Assembly: GCA_031426555.1 (NCBI GenBank)
Contig: JANPLN010000057.1
Location: forward strand, 8,706-72,705
DNA length: 64,000 nt
Direction of reading: 5' to 3'
Source: Bdellovibrionales bacterium
Lineage (GTDB): Bacteria; Bdellovibrionota; Bdellovibrionia; Bdellovibrionales; JAGQZY01
Shown here: positions 57,606 through 64,000 of the stretch, piece by piece
Layout: every line of letters starts with the position of its first letter
Position numbering within the stretch: position 1 is the stretch's first letter
Translations under genes and position numbers: made by a program
Notes under the pieces: model-generated
The model's database searches: none
What the model was told of the DNA's origin: nothing
What the model saw: the letters and a program-made list of their open reading frames with translations, nothing else

Positions 57606-58211
57606 TTAGTTCACTTCAAATTGTGTCGAAGCGAAATTAGGATCTGTTTGCTTTTCGGGCTGGTAAGGGTTGCACTGGGCTTGTCTTTCAACGGGATAAC
57701 AAACATGGACTTTCCACTTGTCGCCCGACTTCAGAGCATGCACCAGGTAAGGAGCTTCATCAGAGTCCTTGGGAGACAGTGGAACGAGCACGAAGGGACG
57801 ATTTTTCCCTTTTCCAATGCCAGTGTCTTTATCGTAACCCATTTTCCAAATCAGCTTTTGCTGGCGACCCTCAAGAACTTCCATTTGCCATTGATTAATG
57901 TGAATCAGTTCATAGTTATCCACAGAACCAAACTTCATGGGGGTGGAAAAATCAAACTCATGTTTTTCTTCGATGGTCGGTGGGCAGATAAAGCGATCGT
58001 GGGTTGAAAAGAATTTTTTAGTCTTTTCATAAAAGGTATCGGCTTCGGTGATAAGAGTATCCGGGCCCTCTTGCTTAATTTGTTTTAGGAGCTTTGTTTG
58101 TTGCAACGACAAACAAGGCAGGGTCTCGTAGGACTTGGCGATATGCCAAGATTCGTAGGCGTTGGCCGTCGAAACTGAAATCAATGCGGTTATAAATAAT
58201 ACTGCTTTCAT
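57606..58211 (-). CDS. Secreted hypothetical protein
   Basis: GAGGAG RBS, signal peptide ending ANA, four Cys. Confidence 0.65.
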   Translation of the reverse strand: MKAVLFITALISVSTANAYESWHIAKSYETLPCLSLQQTKLLKQIKQEGPDTLITEADTFYEKTKKFFSTHDRFICPPTIEEKHEFDFSTPMKFGSVDNYELIHINQWQMEVLEGRQQKLIWKMGYDKDTGIGKGKNRPFVLVPLSPKDSDEAPYLVHALKSGDKWKVHVCYPVERQAQCNPYQPEKQTDPNFASTQFEVN

Positions 58212-58224
58212 GGTTTGTTCTCCT

Positions 58225-59367
58225 CTATCTGACTAAAAACGTAATGGGTTGACTGATGGCTTTACCGTAGTCGGCACTTATGGAAATCGCTTTAAATTCA
58301 TAGGTGTCACCGGGCACAAGGTTAAAGATTCTCACCGAGTGAGCCGGGCGTAAACGGTTGTCGGCGATGGTGAGGAGTTCTTCGCCTGTTCTTAAATTCT
58401 TATAAACAACCTGTGAAGAGGCCGGGATGTCGGTTGTCCACGAAAAGCTTACAAAGCCCTCGAGATTTGCAATGTTGGCAAATCCAGAAATCACTGGGAC
58501 AGTTCCCTGTGTGCAAGGATTAAATAGAGCATAGCCAGGCAAATTCCAGTTGTCTGCAGAAATAGGCTTCCAGCCGCGAGCCAGAAGTTCGTTATACGCA
58601 GGTTGTGCCTGAGAATTGTTGTTGTAGTCAAAAAACAGATTATTCCCGGTATTGCCACAGCGTGGCTCCGGTGTTGTACTCGCGTCGACTTTTCTCCATA
58701 GAGGTATCAACGAAATATGGTACCTTGGCCCTTGGTAGTAATTCAATTTTACAACCAATTCGGTATCCCGCGCCATTTGGATTCTTTGTCCGCAACCGAG
58801 GCGTGTTGGATGATCTCCATCATTGTTAACAACAGTTTGATAGACGCCGTCTTGATCGCGAACTTGCATGACAGCGCCATCATCAGACAGCAAAGCCAAT
58901 TCGTATTCGCCTTCGGCGTCACTGGGCGCAAGTTTTAAAATTGAGTTTACACTCAACGCAAAAAACTCGTTCAAGGTATTTTGCGAATCGTCTTGGATGC
59001 TTGTGCCTGTCTCCGAAGGAAATCCTAAAGAGAACACGCGCGTCGGAATATCCAGTTTGGAAAAAAATAGATTCTGTTGTGATTTTTGACCCTGCTCTAT
59101 ATATTCGTTGACCGTATACCAGCGATTTTGTCCAGTTCCGCGATAGTGTAATGTCGCTATCATACCGTCATTTGGACCAGGATTACCTGGATCAAAAGGA
59201 TCGCAAACAACCTTATTTAAAGGATAGAGATTTGTGTCGAAGGTCGCGAGCGGCCCCTCTTCCGGGTTGTTAGCAGTCAAAGTGGCAGAACCTTGATTGT
59301 TGGTAAAACAACCTTGGAGTAAAAGAGCAGCGAGGATATACGGCAACACCAACATAGATTTTTTCAT
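58225..59367 (-). CDS. PA14-domain plus fibronectin-III-like lipoprotein
   Basis: LQGC lipobox, YELALLSDDGA..NDGDH..YYQGP (PA14), SWTTD.PA.SQV.Y...HSV....L.P..TY.F (FN3). Confidence 0.75.
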   Translation of the reverse strand: MKKSMLVLPYILAALLLQGCFTNNQGSATLTANNPEEGPLATFDTNLYPLNKVVCDPFDPGNPGPNDGMIATLHYRGTGQNRWYTVNEYIEQGQKSQQNLFFSKLDIPTRVFSLGFPSETGTSIQDDSQNTLNEFFALSVNSILKLAPSDAEGEYELALLSDDGAVMQVRDQDGVYQTVVNNDGDHPTRLGCGQRIQMARDTELVVKLNYYQGPRYHISLIPLWRKVDASTTPEPRCGNTGNNLFFDYNNNSQAQPAYNELLARGWKPISADNWNLPGYALFNPCTQGTVPVISGFANIANLEGFVSFSWTTDIPASSQVVYKNLRTGEELLTIADNRLRPAHSVRIFNLVPGDTYEFKAISISADYGKAISQPITFLVR

Positions 59368-59676
59368 AAACTCAATCCTTTTTCTCCCCCGGCAACATCC
59401 ATAGATTAACGAATTATTTACACAAAGACGAATTTCTCAGGATGAGACTTTTGCTGAAGTGGTAAAAAGTTCTACACAATAGCTAGAAAAACGGGTGCAA
59501 CGTCCGATGCAAAAAAGAGTGTCTAGTTGGTCAACAAAAGCAAAATCTTTAGAGGGCTTAGCTTGCATTCAGCAAGAAATGGATCTAAAAAATAGAATCC
59601 TAGAATGATGCACGCGACATCCCGCATCTATTCGAATACTCCATGACATTTTATTAGCACCTAATAGTATGGAGCC

Positions 59677-61038
59677 ATGGCCGAACAGTTAACCACCGTC
59701 AATCCTTACAACTCACAAAAAATTCAAACCTACACCTACCACAGCTCATCAACGGTGATTGAGGCCGTGCAAAGCAGTCACTGGGTCTTCCAACGCTGGT
59801 CTTTGCTTTCGGTGAACGAACGGAAGGATTTGCTTGGGCGTTTAAAGCTTGAGATCGCTCAAAGAAAAGATGATTTGGCGCTAGCTATCAGCCGCGAAAT
59901 GGGCAAACCCATTTTACAAGCCGGAACCGAAATCGAAAAAAGCATGCAATTGATCGAGTATTGTTTGTTGACCGCTGAAGACTTATTTAAAGAGGTTCGA
60001 GGCAAGCACCATATTCAGTTTAAAGCGCCGCTAGGTGTGGTTTATGGAATCATGCCGTGGAACTTTCCCGTTTGGCAAACATTGCGTTTTGCGATTCCGG
60101 CCCTCCTTGCAGGGAATGCGGTTCTACTAAAGCCTGCAGACAACGTAGCTGGCACGGCGACGTTGTTACAGGAGGCGTTTAACAAAGTCGCAGGGCTTGA
60201 AAATGTTTTTACAACTTTATTTTTAAAGCACGCCACCTCCGACGAAGTGATTGCAAATCCGTTAGTGCGCGGTGTGAGCTTTACGGGTAGCACGCGCGCT
60301 GGAAAAGAAGTGGCCAAGGTTGCGGGTGAGGCGCTTAAAAAGTGCGTCTTCGAGTTGGGTGGCAACGATGCCTACATCATCTGTGAAGATGCCGACGTGG
60401 CGCTAGCGGCACAAAAGGTCTATCAAGGGCGAATCCTCAATTCGGGACAGAGTTGTATTTCGGCAAAACGAATTCTCGTTCATAAAAATATCGAAACTGA
60501 ATTTTTAGAAAAATTAATTTTCTTTGTGAAAGATATCCAATTTGGTGACCCACAGTTGCCAAAAAATTTGATCGGCCCCCTGGCCCGAAAAGATCTTGTC
60601 GATCAATTGCACAAGCAAGTTCAGGTGGCTTTGTCCCAAGGGGCCCACTTGCTTTATCAAAAAGAAATCCCTAAGGAACTGCAGGGCCATAATTTTTTTG
60701 CCCCAACAATTCTCACGCAAGTTCCACAAAACGGTTCACCTCACTTCGACGAATTTTTTGGCCCCGTGTTTTCCATTTGTACGTTCGAGACCGACGAGGA
60801 AGCACTAAAGCTAGCGAATCAGTCGCCCTTCGGTTTGGGAGGCGCCGTGTTTACAAAAAACAAAGAGCGCGCCAAAAAGTTGGCCTTGGGAATGGAAACC
60901 GGCTCCATAGCGATCAATGACTACCTCAAGTCGGCTCCCGATAGACCCTTCGGCGGCATCAAAAACTCCGGCTACGGCTGCGAACTCGGCGAACCCGGCT
61001 TCTTCGAATTCACCCACAACAAGGTGATTGTCTTCTAA
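59677..61038 (+). CDS. NAD(P)-dependent aldehyde dehydrogenase, succinate-semialdehyde dehydrogenase-like
   Basis: GIMPWNFP, LKPA, FTGST, FELGG, NSGQSCIS (catalytic Cys), EFFGP, PFGGIKNSGYG. Confidence 0.9.
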   Translation: MAEQLTTVNPYNSQKIQTYTYHSSSTVIEAVQSSHWVFQRWSLLSVNERKDLLGRLKLEIAQRKDDLALAISREMGKPILQAGTEIEKSMQLIEYCLLTAEDLFKEVRGKHHIQFKAPLGVVYGIMPWNFPVWQTLRFAIPALLAGNAVLLKPADNVAGTATLLQEAFNKVAGLENVFTTLFLKHATSDEVIANPLVRGVSFTGSTRAGKEVAKVAGEALKKCVFELGGNDAYIICEDADVALAAQKVYQGRILNSGQSCISAKRILVHKNIETEFLEKLIFFVKDIQFGDPQLPKNLIGPLARKDLVDQLHKQVQVALSQGAHLLYQKEIPKELQGHNFFAPTILTQVPQNGSPHFDEFFGPVFSICTFETDEEALKLANQSPFGLGGAVFTKNKERAKKLALGMETGSIAINDYLKSAPDRPFGGIKNSGYGCELGEPGFFEFTHNKVIVF

Positions 61039-61041
61039 CAA

Positions 61042-61153
61042 TTTGAATTTTCAAACTTTTTTTGTGTCAGTCCTCGCCCCTCCGGGTCTGCGGAACTCGT
61101 TTTTAAGTAATATTTAATTAAAAAACACAAAAACAAAAGTTTGAAAATCCAAA
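61042..61153. repeat. Inverted repeat element B sharing its core with element A
   Basis: Arms 61042-61067 and 61125-61153 (1 mismatch, 3-nt indel). Core 61068-61105 is the reverse complement of TAAAAACGAGTTCCGCAG-N11-CGAGGACTG. Confidence 0.85.
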
Positions 61154-61394
61154 AAGCTATCCGTTGGCTTAAAATATTTGCAGCCACAAATTATCTGACG
61201 TTATTGCCTTGGATCTGGCGTTTGCTCTTTTTAAAAATAATGGCCATTCTTTCTAAGCGAGTTTTAACAAAGTTCTTGGAGTTACTTCCGAGAACTAGGT
61301 CACGATGCCTATAAGTTCATAAACGTAAGCTGTGCATTTATACAGTGTTACTATCACACGACGCCTGAAATAGGATTAGGACATATTCTGGTGC

Positions 61395-62765
61395 CTAAGG
61401 TCGAATGACAGTGCCCTTGGTGTTGTTTCCAAAAATACCATTATCACTCTCATCATAAAGATTTGTTTGATTACTCCGAAGCAATACGGTCGGAGATGGA
61501 TTGTGTTCAAAAACACTTTTTCCAATTTCAACGACTGTTTCAGGAATAATGATACGACTTATGTTATTTTTTGCGAAAGTCCAGGTACCTATAATTTTAA
61601 GACCGTTATGCAATGTGACCTGATTTAATCGATTTTTACTAAATGCTGAATTCGCTATAAGGGTGACTGATCCTGGAATTTCTACTGTCGTTAAAAGGTT
61701 ATCACGAAATGCCGCAATGGAAATCATCGTAACCGTATCAGGAATTGTGATAGATCGAAGGCGATTAGCCGTGAATATTCCCAATGGTATTTGAGTCATC
61801 CACCGCGGAAAAATAAAGCGCTCCATAAGATTATCAGCGAATGCACTCTCACCGATTTCGACAACGGTTTCGGGGAGTACAATAGATGTTAATTGGTTGT
61901 TATAAAATCCTCCCTTACCGATTTTAAGTAAAGTCTCTGGAACTTCCAAAGTGGATATTTTATTGTAGGAGAAAGAAAATTCGCCAATCCTAAGTAAAGT
62001 TGGAGGAATTATCAATTCTGAGATTTCATCCTTTGCAAAGGCACCTGCTCCAATGCTTCGGATATGGTCAGGAATATCTAGTTGTTCTATCTTATTTCCT
62101 TTAAATATTTCAGTTGGAATATAGGTCAAAGACTCAGGTATATGAAATCTAGTAATTTGATTATTTTCAAAAATACCGCCATACCACTCTTCAACAGTAG
62201 GTGGTAGATCAACGAAAGTAAGGTTATTATCTGCGAAAGCAGTGTAACTGATTACCTTAACCGAGGGCGGAATTTTAATCTCTGTAAGGTCGTTGTTTTC
62301 AAATGCACTAGTACCTATATATTTCAGAGAACTGGGTAATTCAACTCGCGCAAGATGGTTATCGCGAAACGCACGGTGCCCAATAAATTCTACCCCGGGT
62401 GGTATATGCACTGATGTAAGGCCTTTTCCAGAAAATGCATTGTCAGCGATTATGGTCACACCAGGGGGTATAATAACGTTTCGCTCATCACATATAAAAT
62501 AATTTAATTTTCCATCTTTTATCTTGAAGCAATCAAGATTGGTGGATTGACTGGGGGATGCGTTTGAGGGCTCGCTATTGCCTTTATCAGCGCCAATGGA
62601 CACGTGGCTGACATCACTTGTGGCCCCCGGAGAATTTGTCGGCACAGAAGGCTCATTGCTGATTTCTTTATTTTGAGATTCAGCAGATTTGTTGTCCGCT
62701 TTGTCAAAGCATGCCGAAAGGCAAACCAAGAGAGGTACCAGAGCAGTGATTCGTGAAATGTTCAT
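61395..62765 (-). CDS. BspA/TpLRR-type leucine-rich-repeat lipoprotein
   Basis: LSAC lipobox from MNISR, about 15 repeats of LTS..IP..V..IG..AF..N. Confidence 0.9.
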   Translation of the reverse strand: MNISRITALVPLLVCLSACFDKADNKSAESQNKEISNEPSVPTNSPGATSDVSHVSIGADKGNSEPSNASPSQSTNLDCFKIKDGKLNYFICDERNVIIPPGVTIIADNAFSGKGLTSVHIPPGVEFIGHRAFRDNHLARVELPSSLKYIGTSAFENNDLTEIKIPPSVKVISYTAFADNNLTFVDLPPTVEEWYGGIFENNQITRFHIPESLTYIPTEIFKGNKIEQLDIPDHIRSIGAGAFAKDEISELIIPPTLLRIGEFSFSYNKISTLEVPETLLKIGKGGFYNNQLTSIVLPETVVEIGESAFADNLMERFIFPRWMTQIPLGIFTANRLRSITIPDTVTMISIAAFRDNLLTTVEIPGSVTLIANSAFSKNRLNQVTLHNGLKIIGTWTFAKNNISRIIIPETVVEIGKSVFEHNPSPTVLLRSNQTNLYDESDNGIFGNNTKGTVIRP

Positions 62766-63150
62766 TTTTTTCTCCAGAAGAAAATCAATTATAAAATTTA
62801 AATTTTGATCACGTAGTAGAACAATACCATATTTGGAAATAGATTTCACCTGTGATGATTTTACACAGATTGCCCAAAAACTGCATTCCCTTTTGAATAG
62901 AGTTCAACCTGTCGTAAAAACCCATTAAATCATCATTTTTCTTTAAATGCGAGTACCCTTGGGCGGCGAAGCGATTTCTGCGAAGTTCCGAGTGCAGTTT
63001 CCAACGCACATATCGAAATTCTATATTTCTTTTCAGCGCGGTCTTTGATCACAAAGCTAAGGTTTGCAGCGCGCCAACTGGCTACTAAAGTTCTAAAGAC
63101 ATGACCAGGCTCAGGCAATAATAATCCTGCTCAACCAAGCGTACACACTT

Positions 63151-63312
63151 TTTTGGGATTTATTTCCTGAATTTTATTGAATCTTTTAAAGGGTTCTTTT
63201 TTAGACCTCTCGCAAACACGATGTTTCGAGCTGCGAGCGAGTCCAGGGATGGACGCGTCTTAAAAAGAACCCTTTAAAAGATTCAATAAAATTCAGGAAA
63301 TAAGTCCCAAAA
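63151..63312. repeat. Long inverted repeat element C
   Basis: 63151-63206 vs 63257-63312 match at 54/56. The 50-nt loop holds two small hairpins (AAACA-CGA-TGTTT and GTCCA-GGGA-TGGAC). Confidence 0.93.
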
Positions 63313-63317
63313 TGCTT

Positions 63318-64000
63318 TTAGTAGAATTCTCGCAAGCTGTCTCTGAGGGCAGTCTCGGTGGGGCGCAGGTCTGTTTCGGTGAGGGCGACAAGTGGCGTTT
63401 TTGGCATGTGCAGTTGATCGATGAGATTGCTGTTCACGCTGTTGTAATAAAATAATCCGGTGAGGAATTCGTTTTTTTGTCGGCTTTCAAAAAGAACGCT
63501 GAGGGCTTGTTTGGCGTCGCTCACGTCGTGGGCGCGAGCGTCTACTTTTTTGAGGGTGAGTAGAGAGCCATCATGCATTTGAATGGTTTTTGTTTCGCCG
63601 TCGGCATAGTCCACGGCAATTTCGGGAGTGGGTGCTATGTAGCCCAGTTCTTGCAAAGGCACATTGAGCTCTTTCACCATGTCGTAGCTCTTTGTCGATC
63701 CGTTATGATTGGCAAAGGTGATACACGGCGAGATGATATCAATCACTGCGGTGCCGTTATGCTGAAGCGCCGAACGTAAAAGCGGAACAAGCTGTTTGGC
63801 ATCGCCCGAAAACGAACGGGCCACAAAACTACAGCCCAGTTCGATGGAAAGAGCGCAAAGATCGATGGACTGAAATTGGTTCGTCTGACCCGCTTTCAGC
63901 GTGGAGCCTTTATCTGCCGTGGCCGAAAACTGTCCCTTGGTGAGTCCGTAAACGCCGTTGTTTTCGATGATGTACACCATGGGTAAGTTGCGACGGATCA
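63318..64000 (-). CDS. 2-oxoacid:ferredoxin oxidoreductase beta subunit (5' part outside window)
   Basis: ENNGVYGLTKGQFSAT, FVARSFSGD, IDIISPCITF. Confidence 0.9.
   Translation of the reverse strand, partial: IRRNLPMVYIIENNGVYGLTKGQFSATADKGSTLKAGQTNQFQSIDLCALSIELGCSFVARSFSGDAKQLVPLLRSALQHNGTAVIDIISPCITFANHNGSTKSYDMVKELNVPLQELGYIAPTPEIAVDYADGETKTIQMHDGSLLTLKKVDARAHDVSDAKQALSVLFESRQKNEFLTGLFYYNSVNSNLIDQLHMPKTPLVALTETDLRPTETALRDSLREFY

Noticed and set aside
62850..63150. Short ORFs upstream of the LRR gene
   Set aside because: No RBS or recognisable motifs; likely non-coding.

Overview
AT-moderate bacterial chromosomal window that looks like a predatory Bdellovibrionota (Bdellovibrionales-like) genome. 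This is inferred from the [FY]QNC lipoproteins, Bdellovibrio-type giant fibre proteins and many sigma28/FliA-like promoters. 1-35.4 kb is a surface-fibre locus: three giant phage-tail-fibre-like mosaic proteins (1809, 2566 and 1559 aa) plus a truncated fourth. Two fibres have a separate secreted beta-helix partner directly downstream, and the locus also holds glycosyl-/methyltransferase genes and an inserted cytochrome c-DUF1592/DUF1552 pair. All four fibre genes begin exactly 6 nt after a sigma28-like -10 box, which suggests leaderless mRNAs. 35.4-49.7 kb holds decaying genes, secreted enzymes (GH10, PI3/4K-like kinase, EEP nuclease, amidoligase-like, hydrolase), HIT, tRNA-Arg(TCT) and an orphan response regulator. 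49.9-57.5 kb is the top candidate for an undescribed system. It is a tightly coupled operon with no flagellar export or filament genes, encoding a PEGA/TPR lipoprotein, MotA, MotB, an apparent FliF-ring/FliG fusion, a small OM beta-barrel and a ~1000-aa Ig/NHL lipoprotein, i.e. a possible non-flagellar rotary motor. Three long intergenic hairpins (arms up to 63 bp perfect) have locus-specific arms; two share a core, and the genes ending at them have strongly C/A-biased last codons. No CRISPR array, integrase, transposase or reverse transcriptase was seen. All family calls are by-eye motif recognition, not database searches.
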